From Chamaesiphon sp. (GTDB lineage Bacteria > Cyanobacteriota > Cyanobacteriia > Cyanobacteriales > Chamaesiphonaceae), in the NCBI GenBank assembly GCA_965246715.1, contig CBDFFH010000021.1, positions 64,001-128,000 on the forward strand: DNA of 64,000 nt, read 5' to 3'. Every line of letters starts with the position of its first letter. Within the stretch, counting starts at the first letter, position 1. The notes beneath the pieces are model-generated. The model had not been told where the DNA came from. It did no database searches and saw nothing but the letters and a program-made list of their open reading frames with translations. Of this stretch, positions 41,325-51,476 are shown one piece after another. The position numbers were made by a program, and so were the translations under genes.

Positions 41325-42665
41325 TTACAACTGATTTCGGGATTTGATTTGGATGTATCGATCGACTAATCGATCGCTGAGTTGGTTTGCTGGAGCATCT
41401 AATACCAATACCCCTTGGCGTTTGAGATTGGCAAAAGCGAGTTCGCGTTGTTGGAGAAAATCTAGTGCAACAGATTGAGTATAAGCGCCAGGAATATCAG
41501 TGGCTAATGTGTGGGCGCGGAAATCGACTTGCGGATCGCGGAGCGTGACACAGAAAGGGAGATAACGGGGGGTGAGTCTGCCTAGAGCAGTGAGCAGTTC
41601 GGCGGAGGCGATATCGTCGATGATATCTGTGATGACGACAACTAGAGCGCGACGGCTCTGTTGCTTGATAATATTGGTGACGGCTCCGAGATAGTCGGGT
41701 TCGAGGAGTTCTGGCTGAATCCGGCTGAGGCGATCGAGTATTTTGGAAAAATGCGCTTGTCCGCGTTGTGGTGGGATCCAGGTAGAGAGATAGCGATCGA
41801 ATACCCCCACACCCACGCGATCTCCCCGCTGAGTCGCCGCGAGTGCCAGCGACAGCGTCGCATTCAAACCGAAGTCAAAACGTTTGTAGCCCTGAATATT
41901 CGCAGTCATCAAGCGCCCTCGATCGAGCAAAATAATTACTGTCTGCTCCTGTTCGGGTTCTAGAACGCGAATTAGGGGGCGATTGCGTCTGGCGGTAGCT
42001 TTCCAATCGATCGATCGCGGATCGTCACCAGCATTATATTCCCGCAGTTCGCTAAATTCTGTCCCCATGCCTTGCTTGCGATTTTGACGCATGGCTCCGC
42101 TAGATTGGAGTGTCAGCCGGATCGAGAGCGATTTCAAGCCGATTAAATCGGGATACACGGCGACGGTTTGTGCCGCATCTACTCGCCATTGCTGCCAAGC
42201 TAAACCCCAAGCACCCAATTGACGGACATAAATTCCTTGCCATTCATACTCGCCTCGGCGGTAAGGATGGACTGTATAACTAGTTGTTTCGCTCGTACCC
42301 GCAACTAATGACCCCGAAATTAATGCAGGCATGCTCGGTAAATCTTGCGGGACACCATCGCGAATTTGATAGCGAAATTGTCGGGTTTTGTTTCGATATT
42401 GTCCCGATCTAATTGTGAGGGTGACTGGGTTGTCACGCCCGATCGAGAGTTTTCCTAACTCCGATCTACTTACTTCCACTCGATCGGCTTTAACTCCCTG
42501 GGCATCAATACCCGCAAGAATCAGGATTGCTAAGTAAAACCCAAATGTCAGCAGTACTGCTGCGCCAATCCCCTGTGGCATCGGCAGCAGGATCGCTAAA
42601 ATAGTAGAAACTAATCCCCAGCCTGATAACAGCCATAATGTCCGCGCACTGGGAATAAAGCCCAT
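41325..42665 (-). CDS. DUF58 domain protein (MoxR-associated, vWA-like)
   Basis: GTEFSELREY..GDD.RSIDWKATAR and LDRGRLM motifs. Confidence 0.93.
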   Translation of the reverse strand: MGFIPSARTLWLLSGWGLVSTILAILLPMPQGIGAAVLLTFGFYLAILILAGIDAQGVKADRVEVSRSELGKLSIGRDNPVTLTIRSGQYRNKTRQFRYQIRDGVPQDLPSMPALISGSLVAGTSETTSYTVHPYRRGEYEWQGIYVRQLGAWGLAWQQWRVDAAQTVAVYPDLIGLKSLSIRLTLQSSGAMRQNRKQGMGTEFSELREYNAGDDPRSIDWKATARRNRPLIRVLEPEQEQTVIILLDRGRLMTANIQGYKRFDFGLNATLSLALAATQRGDRVGVGVFDRYLSTWIPPQRGQAHFSKILDRLSRIQPELLEPDYLGAVTNIIKQQSRRALVVVITDIIDDIASAELLTALGRLTPRYLPFCVTLRDPQVDFRAHTLATDIPGAYTQSVALDFLQQRELAFANLKRQGVLVLDAPANQLSDRLVDRYIQIKSRNQL

Positions 42666-42706
42666 AGAAATAATGAATTAGGAGTTATAAACTATTATCT
42701 ACCACT

Positions 42707-42985
42707 AAGTAGGTCGGCACAAATATTTAGTAGAAGTTCACAGGGGTAGCAAAAAGTAGAAGTTCATATAAATGGAGAATGGGTACTGCCCACAGAACAT
42801 AAATAGCCGAAGTAATAAGAACTTAAACTGCTTGATTCGATTACCTCCGGTACGCTACGCGAACGAGATAATCTCTACACTAATCGATCGCAAAGTGTGC
42901 CATAGGCAACCGATATTAACCACTGCAAATATTTATATTACTAGATCGATAATGGTGTTTGTGGGCAGTACCTACCATACAAAAT
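42707..42985. repeat. MITE end plus inverted REP pair (REPIN-like) with a 22-nt insert
   Basis: TAAGTAGGTCGGCACAAATAT; GGTACTGCCCACA...TGTGGGCAGTACC. Confidence 0.6.
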
Positions 42986-43045
42986 TGAAATCTATTTGAT
43001 GCGATCGAACAATCTTTCACCAATAGATCGAATGTACATTCCCTA

Positions 43046-43360
43046 GGCACTGTTCAGTTATAGGGTGACGTGTTTAAAGCCCCTGGGTGAGAGCAATACG
43101 AGCATAGTGATCGGGCGATCGATATAGCCCATAGCCATAGCGGGAGTTTCTTGCTTTCCTAGCCCCCAATGTGGTCTGACCCAATTGTGAATCAGCCGCT
43201 GCATATTCAACACTCGTTGCAATCCGGTAATAGCCTTGGCATACAAATTCTGTCTTCTCCGATATCCGCTGGCTCGTCTTCTTAAAGCGCTATTTTGGGC
43301 TTCATTATGATTGGCATGTATGTCTGATTTAGGGCTGATTGCTGTAAATGGATGCTCTTG
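43046..43360 (-). mobile_element. IS1-family transposase C-terminal remnant with IS end GGCACTGTTCAGTT
   Basis: Frame reads EHPFTAISPKSDIHANHNEAQNSALRRRASGYRRRQNLYAK...HNWVRPH...TPAMAMG; 5' part missing. Confidence 0.75.
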
Positions 43361-43472
43361 TTACAGTGTCCCACAAAATGTGTGGATTTTGATAAAACGC
43401 CCACAAATTTGTTTTGTGGTAAGTGTGCCAATCGATCGGATAAGTAGATTAGCATAAATATCTGTAACTCAA

Positions 43473-46097
43473 TTATTCATCTTCATCTTCCTCCAGATCG
43501 GTTCCCTCGATCGAAGGCTCAACCAAAGATTCTTCTCGATTGGTTATCGATTCAATTGCCACAACTTGACGGACAAATTCTGGACATTTTGCCATTGGAT
43601 CGACATCACGTTTATATAATGGACTATCCTCGCTGCGACAGAGATAACCATCAAAATGTTCGCATACCGCGCAACAATCCGCTCCACTCGCGATCGCCGC
43701 ATCGATAGCAAATGATTTGTGGCTGGCGGGTTTGAGCATCAAGCCGCCTTTCGTCCATTTTGCTGATAGCAATCCAGTGGCCGATAAATGTTGCCAGCGA
43801 GGATCTTCGAGGACAGCATCAGAGATTCGCAGCCACGCGCCGTCGAATTCGGCTTCGATTTCGATTTCAAATTCTTGTCCCGCCTCTAACTTGGCAACTT
43901 GCCCTTTCGATAGATGTTCGGGTGCTTGTCCGAAGGTAATCGTGTCACCGACTTCGGGAATATGAATCCAATATTTTTCACGCAAATCGCCAGCACGGGA
44001 AAGTTCGTGGAGAGCTGATTGGGATCCGTGGATCAGGATCAAATGTTGGGGATTGACGCGATGGATGACTTGGGTAATGCCAACGCGATCTGCATGAGCG
44101 GAGAGATTGAAGCGTTGAATTTTGGCTCTGACTGTTAATGCGGTACCATCGAGTTCGATTTCGCTACCTGGCTCTAGGCTTTGTAAAAAGCGGCCAGGGG
44201 ATTCTTCGTCGGTATAGCCGGAGATGAAAACGGCTGCATTTTCCCGTTCTAACAAGATTTTAGCGTAGCCGATGCTCGCGCCCCCTGTCAACATGCCGGA
44301 ACTGGCGATAATTACTGAGGGATGGGCGATCGCGAGGGGACGTTCTTTGGGGGATGCGATCGAGATGATGCGCGGTGAGGATTTCTCGCTAAAGAAGGGG
44401 GACTGGGTTTTTGCGAAGTTCTTGACAGCGGCGGGGAGTAAGTCTAATTGATTTTGGAATAAATCGGTGACTTCGCGGACTAAACCATCAACGTAGACGG
44501 GGACATTGACGCTATGAAATAAGGCACTGGTGCGGATGGCAAGGATAATTTCCTGGGCGCGTCCGAGGGCGAAGGCGGGAATTAAGACATTCCCACCTGC
44601 GGCGACGACTTCAACGATCGCTTTAATCAGATCGCTCTCTTGGCTGCGTCTGGAGGGGTGGGTATCTGCGCCGTAGGTGGATTCGGTAATGAGGATGTCC
44701 GCCTGGGGTAAATCGGCAAGTTTCAAGCCTTCTGCGGTGCGGCTGCTGGTAGTGTTGTAATCGCCAGTATAGAGGATCGATCGATTGCCGTATTGCATGT
44801 AAATACAGGCTGCGCCGACGATATGCCCAGCATGAATGAATCGCACTTTCAGTCCTGGTAAGGGACAGAAGTCTATGCCAACTGGTTGAGTTTGAAGTTG
44901 AAATAACGTGCGATCGAGATCGTCAGCCGTAAATACTTGCCCAAAGTCTTCATTCCCCTGCTTTTGCTGTGCCGCCTGCACTTTCAAACCGTCTGTCAGC
45001 ATTACATGGGCGATTTCTCGTGTCCCGTGGGTGCAAATCATCGGCACGTCAGGAAAATCGCGATGGAAGATCGGCAATGCCCCGATATGATCGAGATGAG
45101 CGTGGGTAATCAGGATCAGATTCGGACGTGCCAATAACTCAAATGCTGGCAGCGGATCGCTACCTTTGGGTCGAGTCCCGGCATCCATCACGATTTCATA
45201 CGGCCCGATCTGGACGCGAAAACACGATGCGCCAATCCCGCGTGCGGCACCTAATGGGGTGACAATCAATCGATCGAGATCGACCGCACCGTCAGCAACT
45301 TCAGTCACACTCTCGGCAGTAAATTTTGACTGGTGGGGATAGCGATAAACTTTGGCAACTTTCGATCGTGAGTTGACTTGGACTCTGGCACGGAAATCCG
45401 ACGGGAATAGGCTTTGAGCTTCCCATTCCCAAATTGGCTCTTTGACTCGCGTTAGCGCTAGTTCCCAGTCTCTTACTACTTCTGAATTTAGGGCATTCAG
45501 GGCGATCGCGGCGATGTCCGATCGATTTGCCTTAAAGTACTCTTTGTCTAAATTGCGCGGCTGGCTGGCCGTTTTAGCCATGACAAGGGGAATGGATTGA
45601 GGTGTGTCGATCGACTCAGTTGATTCGACTACCTTTGTCGCACTGATGATAGTTAAGGTTTTGGCCGATCGACTGGCGACAAAATGCCAGAGTTGTCCCG
45701 ATTCGACTTGGATCGGCGGATTGAGGAGCGTCGGTCGGATTGTCGATTCGCCAAATCGATCGATCTTCAGGGATACTGCTGTGTGCTTGCGACTGACTTG
45801 TGCGGTTCGCCCGACACACTCAAATCTATCCGTGACGATCTCCGCCGTAGGCACTTTGCTGACGATCTGCAAGCGGGTAATCTCGCCGTCTGTCTGGGTA
45901 ATCGGAATTACCAGCCACTGTCCATCTTCCGATGTCACAGCCGGACTAAAATCTCCCAGGGGTGCCGCCCGAAATTGGCAGCCGTCGGGGGTGGTTATTT
46001 GTAGCTTGGTAGGCTCGCGATCGTCAGCCGAGATCGTGCCACTAACTGTCATTTCACAATATGGACTGAGTGAAATTCCAACAAGATTAGTGGACAT
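43473..46097 (-). CDS. MBL-fold beta-CASP nuclease (CPSF73/Ysh1-like) with long N- and C-terminal extensions
   Basis: MDAG, THAHLDH, AGHIVG, YTGD, TESTYG, IPAFALGRAQE, SSGML, SAHAD and IHG motifs. Confidence 0.92.
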   Translation of the reverse strand: MSTNLVGISLSPYCEMTVSGTISADDREPTKLQITTPDGCQFRAAPLGDFSPAVTSEDGQWLVIPITQTDGEITRLQIVSKVPTAEIVTDRFECVGRTAQVSRKHTAVSLKIDRFGESTIRPTLLNPPIQVESGQLWHFVASRSAKTLTIISATKVVESTESIDTPQSIPLVMAKTASQPRNLDKEYFKANRSDIAAIALNALNSEVVRDWELALTRVKEPIWEWEAQSLFPSDFRARVQVNSRSKVAKVYRYPHQSKFTAESVTEVADGAVDLDRLIVTPLGAARGIGASCFRVQIGPYEIVMDAGTRPKGSDPLPAFELLARPNLILITHAHLDHIGALPIFHRDFPDVPMICTHGTREIAHVMLTDGLKVQAAQQKQGNEDFGQVFTADDLDRTLFQLQTQPVGIDFCPLPGLKVRFIHAGHIVGAACIYMQYGNRSILYTGDYNTTSSRTAEGLKLADLPQADILITESTYGADTHPSRRSQESDLIKAIVEVVAAGGNVLIPAFALGRAQEIILAIRTSALFHSVNVPVYVDGLVREVTDLFQNQLDLLPAAVKNFAKTQSPFFSEKSSPRIISIASPKERPLAIAHPSVIIASSGMLTGGASIGYAKILLERENAAVFISGYTDEESPGRFLQSLEPGSEIELDGTALTVRAKIQRFNLSAHADRVGITQVIHRVNPQHLILIHGSQSALHELSRAGDLREKYWIHIPEVGDTITFGQAPEHLSKGQVAKLEAGQEFEIEIEAEFDGAWLRISDAVLEDPRWQHLSATGLLSAKWTKGGLMLKPASHKSFAIDAAIASGADCCAVCEHFDGYLCRSEDSPLYKRDVDPMAKCPEFVRQVVAIESITNREESLVEPSIEGTDLEEDEDE

Positions 46098-46240
46098 GGG
46101 CGTACATCGACCGATCGGTCATCATTACTAATAGATTAATGTCAATTTAACTGAAATATTGTCAAATTTAACAAATCGATTGTAATTTATTTAATCCGAC
46201 CTCGCTCGTGATAACTAGATACATTACCCGTACAAGATTA

Positions 46241-46273
46241 TTTGTGCGTTTCATCCATTAATTCAGCAATGCC
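46241..46273. mobile_element. Solo end of the GGCGTTGCTGAAT MITE family
   Basis: TTTGTGCGTTTCATCCATTAATTCAGCAATGCC is the reverse complement of 3460-3492 with 2 mismatches. Confidence 0.85.
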
Positions 46274-46341
46274 AAAAGTTCTAATTATTATGTTCACTCG
46301 GTTTGGATCGCGCCGATCGAGCTATTAAGACGAGCGGACTG

Positions 46342-46773
46342 CTATGCACCAGAGTCGGGATCTAGTTCCCAGCGATCGGTATCGCGGTGTTCTAACATCT
46401 CCGTAGTATGCAGGATCCCACCATCAGGAATCTCGATCCCAGCAGCTTCGCCCAACTCATCGATGTCATTCTGCTCGGGCATGGCTGTCGTGCCACCAAC
46501 TGCTTCATCGCCATCGACTTCAGCCAGATATGGATCGATGTCCATGTCGCCTTCGGTCAGATCGTCTAAATTCTGCCGTCCCAACGTTCTACCTAAATCT
46601 GAATCGGGATCGATTTCCTGTTGCCACTCAGCCGCACCGCTGGCTCCGATATCGGTATCTAATTCGTTTGGCTCGATGCTGGCGACTAATTTAGCTTGAG
46701 GATCGGTTGCCAATTGTTGAGCGATCGCATCTCGTTCGGGGTTGTTATCGACTTTGTTTGCCATGTGTTGCAC
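46342..46773 (-). CDS. DUF6335-type acidic cyanobacterial protein
   Basis: LTEGDMD...A...GDEAVGGT..MPEQNDIDELGEAAG...RWELDPDS. Confidence 0.8.
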   Translation of the reverse strand: MQHMANKVDNNPERDAIAQQLATDPQAKLVASIEPNELDTDIGASGAAEWQQEIDPDSDLGRTLGRQNLDDLTEGDMDIDPYLAEVDGDEAVGGTTAMPEQNDIDELGEAAGIEIPDGGILHTTEMLEHRDTDRWELDPDSGA

Positions 46774-46976
46774 TCTCGCTAAAATAATCCTAAAAAATTT
46801 CTCGATGCTAAGTAATATTCGATCTCGATCCTACAATCGCGATCGAGCTGTTGGCACCTCTAAATTGGTAGATATCTACTTGCCTTTCATCCCTGTACGA
46901 TCCCGATTAAAAAAATAAAGGTGACAGCTAGATTGGCAAGCTTTATCGGCTCTCCAGCAGTTAAGGTGATAATTTA

Positions 46977-47398
46977 ACGTCAGTTCGGGATAAGGATTAC
47001 CGATTAATGACTCCTGCCTTCGTTTCGGAACCGTCCCCAACAGATCGACCATAACCCAAAGATCGATTCCCATTGCGAAGCTAATGCGAAGCGCTAATCG
47101 CTGCCAACAAACTAACCCTTGTGCAGCGACTCGCGCTCGTCGGGTTTCCCGACGGTTTAGCGAGTCAAGACAGGGGAGTTTGAGGGGCGGCACTCCGCTG
47201 TCTTGACCCAAACGCACGCTGTAGGCGAGCGAAGCGAGACGTGTCGCCAGACGGAGACCTCAGCGCGATTTGGGTCGCTCCTCAACGGGGGATCTGGGGG
47301 TCGGCACCCCCAGATCCGGGTTCTCCTCACTAGTAACCTCTAGGAAAGCACCAATCCAAGAATGGCCTAAAACGGAGATCCTTAACCCGAACTGACGT
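46977..47398. mobile_element. 422-bp non-autonomous element with TIR ACGTCAGTTCGGG(A/T)TAAGGAT and TA duplication (IS630-like)
   Basis: TA|ACGTCAGTTCGGGATAAGGAT...ATCCTTAACCCGAACTGACGT|TA; GC-rich multi-hairpin interior, no transposase. Confidence 0.9.
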
Positions 47399-47632
47399 TA
47401 ATAAGGAGATCGTTTTAGCCCAATCTTCCCCCATAAGTCCAGGAGACCCGCTTTATTTACAGCAAAGCTTCCTAAATCTAAAATCCGAAATCCAAAATCC
47501 AAAATAGCAAGACTTCGCCGACTGATGACGAAATGCATATTTCTCACCAAGATGACAGATGCGGTTCCAGCCACATGCTTGATAAAATAGTTAGTAGGTA
47601 CCAAATAAGCCGATCGCTCCAGAGCCAATCCC

Positions 47633-49342
47633 ATGTTCAGATCTTCAAAACTCCGTTGGCTCAATCTGCTCGCGCTCGTGGCGATGACGACGATCGCTAC
47701 ACCACGTCCTGGGAATGCAGCCGAGCGGGTGACTTTGCACTATCCACCATTTAAGGACTTCTCGATCTCGGTTGACAATCTCGACAAGTTTGCCAAAACC
47801 GGTAAAATTGCGCCGGAGTTTGCTGCATATGTCAAGCAAGCAACACCAGCCCAACTCCAGCAATTGCGTCAATCTTTGCAACAACGGTATGACATCAGCC
47901 CTACGTATATAACTCAGTTTGTTAATTCACCGCTAGTCAAACCGATGTTAGAACGCTTGGGAGAAATCCTCCAAGGAGACAAACTAACTAATGGGAAGCA
48001 GCCAATCGCCACCGCACTGATTCGCGCTGCTGCGGATAAACAATATGGATTGACTCCAATTAATTTTTTACAGCGGTTTCCCAGTCGGCAACTGACGGTA
48101 AATCTCAATGGAGGATTTGCCGTCTATGCCAGCTTCACAGAATTGCTGAAGCAGCGAGAGGCAACGCTCTCCTCGATCGTCCAAATTGCTAATGCTGAAG
48201 CGTTAGCCGCTAAAACCGATTTCACCAACAAAGTAGATCTCCGCCAATCTGGTGGCCTGCGGTGGCAAAAACGCCGCTTCGATTGGCTCGATCGATCGCG
48301 CCAAAGAAACGTTCCTGGAGATCTTTACCTACCCCAAACGGCAGCTAACCAGCCAGTTCGATTGATAGTCATCTCGCATGGGGTGGCCGAAGATCGTACT
48401 GCTTTCTCATATTTAGCCGAACATTTAGCCTCTTATGGATTTGCAGTTGCCGCGATCGAACATGTCGGCGGGGATGCCAATCGGTTTCGGAAGTATTTTT
48501 CGGGATTGGCTCCAGCGCCAGCAGCAACCGAACTGCTGCAGCGTCCGCGTGACATTTCGTTCTTACTAGATGAATTGCAACGCCAAGCGCTAGTCGATCC
48601 TAGCCTCGCACAAATTAATCTCCAACAGGTTGGTGCGATCGGCCATTCGTTAGGCGGCTATACGACTCTAGCCTTGGCTGGTGCGGAAATTGATTTCGAT
48701 CGCATCACCCAATACTGCAACCCCAATCGATCGCTCAATCTATCCGTATTGCTCCAATGCCGTGCCAAGGAACTCCCTGCCAAGCGTTATACGCTCCAAG
48801 ATCCGCGCATCAAGGCGATCTTTGCCATCAATCCACTCGGTAATACGATTTTTGGTCGGCGGGGCATCAGTAAAGTGAATGTTCCGGCTTTTTTGATGGG
48901 TGGTAGCGATGATGTGGTTACGCCTGTGGTACCAGAACAAATTTATCCATTTACTTGGTTGCAAACGCCCGAAAAGTACCTGGCGATTTTAGACAAAGGA
49001 ACGCATTTTTCCGCGCCAGCAGTCAATCGGAGCGATGCAGTTTTTCCAGTTAATGATAGTTTGATCGGCCCAGATCCAAACCTCGCCCAGACTTATATCA
49101 AGGCATTGAACGTTGCTTTTTTCCAAACCTATTTGGCAAATCGCAGTGAATTTCGTACTTATCTCAATGCTGCTTATGCCAATAAATTAACCTTGACAAA
49201 GCCGCAACTCAGTCAACTAAAGGCGACGACAAATAGCAGTCAACCTTCACTCTCACTTAATTTAGTCCAATCGTCGGCATCAGAGCAAATCGCCCAAATT
49301 TTAGATCGTGCTAATACTCAAACAGCACGAGTTACTCCTTAA
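47633..49342 (+). CDS. DUF1400 + alpha/beta hydrolase
   Basis: AERVTL N-terminal domain; VISHG, GHSLGG nucleophile and GTHFS motifs. Confidence 0.9.
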   Translation: MFRSSKLRWLNLLALVAMTTIATPRPGNAAERVTLHYPPFKDFSISVDNLDKFAKTGKIAPEFAAYVKQATPAQLQQLRQSLQQRYDISPTYITQFVNSPLVKPMLERLGEILQGDKLTNGKQPIATALIRAAADKQYGLTPINFLQRFPSRQLTVNLNGGFAVYASFTELLKQREATLSSIVQIANAEALAAKTDFTNKVDLRQSGGLRWQKRRFDWLDRSRQRNVPGDLYLPQTAANQPVRLIVISHGVAEDRTAFSYLAEHLASYGFAVAAIEHVGGDANRFRKYFSGLAPAPAATELLQRPRDISFLLDELQRQALVDPSLAQINLQQVGAIGHSLGGYTTLALAGAEIDFDRITQYCNPNRSLNLSVLLQCRAKELPAKRYTLQDPRIKAIFAINPLGNTIFGRRGISKVNVPAFLMGGSDDVVTPVVPEQIYPFTWLQTPEKYLAILDKGTHFSAPAVNRSDAVFPVNDSLIGPDPNLAQTYIKALNVAFFQTYLANRSEFRTYLNAAYANKLTLTKPQLSQLKATTNSSQPSLSLNLVQSSASEQIAQILDRANTQTARVTP

Positions 49343-49508
49343 TAATGTCTAGTCGATCGATCTTTTACAAATTAGGTGAGTGGGAACCAAGTTCGTGAGC
49401 GATTGCAAAATTATTGAAAGCTATCGATCGACTAGATACTTTCAAGCGCTCTGACTCGATCTTCAGCCATCAGATCCCGTATAGTTAGGACTACTAGCTA
49501 TATTCTCG

Positions 49509-49988
49509 ATGCTAAACACCTTTACTCAACATCTCAATCTCTCCAACACTGAAGTTGAATCGCTACTATTGCTCAGTTTGGCAGATTTTCTAGCGAATCC
49601 AGCCGTGAATGAGTTGTTAGGGAGTCTCGATGTCAACCTGTTGCGTCAAACCTTACCAACTGCGGGACAGATCTTGGCTGAGCAATTACCACCTTTTTAC
49701 GAGTGGTTGAAAAATGAACTGGGAGTTGCCAGAGTACCAGATAGTCCCGACCATACGACTAAATGGGTAATTAATTTCTTAAATAATGAAGAAAGCTTGA
49801 CACGCTTGGTTGAATTGCATCGTCCAGTGCCACAGATAGCGGTAGAACGATCGATCCCCCGCCTAGTTGGTGCATTTGCAGGTATTGAAGATGCTACTAC
49901 TCGGCAGGTTTGGCAAACAGCGGTCGCGGCGCTATGCTTACCTTTGGTAGTCGCTGGGCGAGAGCAGAATAAATCGCAAGAGCTTTAG
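49509..49988 (+). CDS. Conserved hypothetical protein
   Basis: Clean 159-aa ORF (LPPFYEWLKNELGV.RVPDSP); function not recognised. Confidence 0.75.
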   Translation: MLNTFTQHLNLSNTEVESLLLLSLADFLANPAVNELLGSLDVNLLRQTLPTAGQILAEQLPPFYEWLKNELGVARVPDSPDHTTKWVINFLNNEESLTRLVELHRPVPQIAVERSIPRLVGAFAGIEDATTRQVWQTAVAALCLPLVVAGREQNKSQEL

Positions 49989-50216
49989 TCTTCGCTAAAT
50001 ATATCGATCGGACTCAACCTCAAAATACTTGGGCACGTATTCAAGGGGTCTACCGAACTTTTGATGGAAAGTTAATACTTGAAATGCCAAGCTCTAAGAC
50101 TTTTGATTTGAAAATGAGTGAAATTTCTCAATCCATAGATGATTGCCAGATCTAGTAAACTAAGATTGAATCTAAATACGTAGTAGCTTATTGGTAAGCT
50201 TGTAGGAAGCCCGAAG

Positions 50217-51224
50217 ATGTCCGATCGGCTGCGGATTGAATTACCAGACCATCGGGGGTTACTGTGTGGATTTCTCCTCCGGTCTCAAACTCTCGTCCGA
50301 GCGCTCGAATGGGATGAAATGAATCAGGTGTTTGGAGTACCTGGAAATTCGGTATGGCTGCATTTTAATCTAGTAGATTCCCGCTCGCGAAATTGGATTG
50401 CTAATTGCGAGCGGATTCCCCAGGTGGCCAGGGATTTATTATTAGCTACCGATCCACATATCCAGTTGGAGATCTTAGAAGATGGATTTATGGGCGTATT
50501 GGGCGACCTGTATTATGAGTTTGATGCCGATCCCGATCGGCTGGGATTATTAAGGATTTATGTCGATCGTTATTGTGCGATCTCCGTGAGAGAACGACCG
50601 CTAAAAGCTGTCGATCTATTGCGTCGAAATCTCTTGGAGCGCAGCGAAGCGATCGAGTCACCAATGGACTTGATGGTGCATTTAGTCAGCTCGCTCAATG
50701 AGATGTTCGATCGAATCGTTGACGATCTCAAAGAAGTGGTAGAAGATCTGGAAGACCAGATTCTCAAAGATAATTTCTCGGTAGATCGGGGTAAGTTTTC
50801 GCGCGTGCGTCGCTTATTGGCGCGATTGCGGCGACATTTTAGTGCGAATAGTCAAGTGCTGTCTGCGCGGCTGATTCCCCATTTGCCAAGCTGGTGTACC
50901 GAGCTTGAAGCATCGGAACTGCAACGCAATCTCGATCGATTGAGAGCGATCGTCCAAGATCTCGAATTAGTTCAAGAACGTGCGAGATTGGTACAAGAAG
51001 AGTTAGCGAGTAGACTTCAAGAAACCGTTAATCGCAATCTTTATGTCTTGTCGATCGTCACCACAATCTTTTTACCCATCACGCTAATTACAGGAATATT
51101 TGGGATGAATGTTGGTGGCATCCCTTGGACTCAAGATGCTCTAGGATTTTTGTGGTGTTTGATTTTAATGGGATTAACGCTATCGATCGTGTTTATGGTG
51201 TTAAAACGACAGCAATTCTTATAA
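50217..51224 (+). CDS. CorA/ZntB family divalent cation transporter
   Basis: FLPITLITGIFGMNVGGIPW signature and two C-terminal TM helices. Confidence 0.92.
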   Translation: MSDRLRIELPDHRGLLCGFLLRSQTLVRALEWDEMNQVFGVPGNSVWLHFNLVDSRSRNWIANCERIPQVARDLLLATDPHIQLEILEDGFMGVLGDLYYEFDADPDRLGLLRIYVDRYCAISVRERPLKAVDLLRRNLLERSEAIESPMDLMVHLVSSLNEMFDRIVDDLKEVVEDLEDQILKDNFSVDRGKFSRVRRLLARLRRHFSANSQVLSARLIPHLPSWCTELEASELQRNLDRLRAIVQDLELVQERARLVQEELASRLQETVNRNLYVLSIVTTIFLPITLITGIFGMNVGGIPWTQDALGFLWCLILMGLTLSIVFMVLKRQQFL

Positions 51225-51476
51225 ATATGTTGGGAATAACTTCACTGTTTAACTTTGATATATTCGGCATAACTGAGATGGTAATTTAGAGCCGTCAATA
51301 ATAGTCGAGCATCAATTGAGCAGGATTTACCCTCGATCGAGAGCGCGATCGAAGGCTCTCTGAAATCTTAGTTATAGGTACAACTTATCGCGACCCCAAA
51401 AAAATCCTAATTATTAGCGATCCCCGTGTCAATCCACCTGCGGTATACTGGTTGAGTTTGCCATTCGTACAAAGCC

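Noticed and set aside
43473..46097. Type VII CRISPR effector (beta-CASP)
   Set aside because: No cas5, cas6 or cas7 genes and no CRISPR array in the window.
43033..46240. Complete CAST/Tn7-like transposon around the beta-CASP gene
   Set aside because: No tns genes, no matched TGT...ACA ends with a 5-bp TSD, and the motifs at the two sides differ.
46876..47217. 113-aa ORF overlapping the 422-bp element
   Set aside because: It crosses the TIR boundary and has no transposase motifs; probably spurious.
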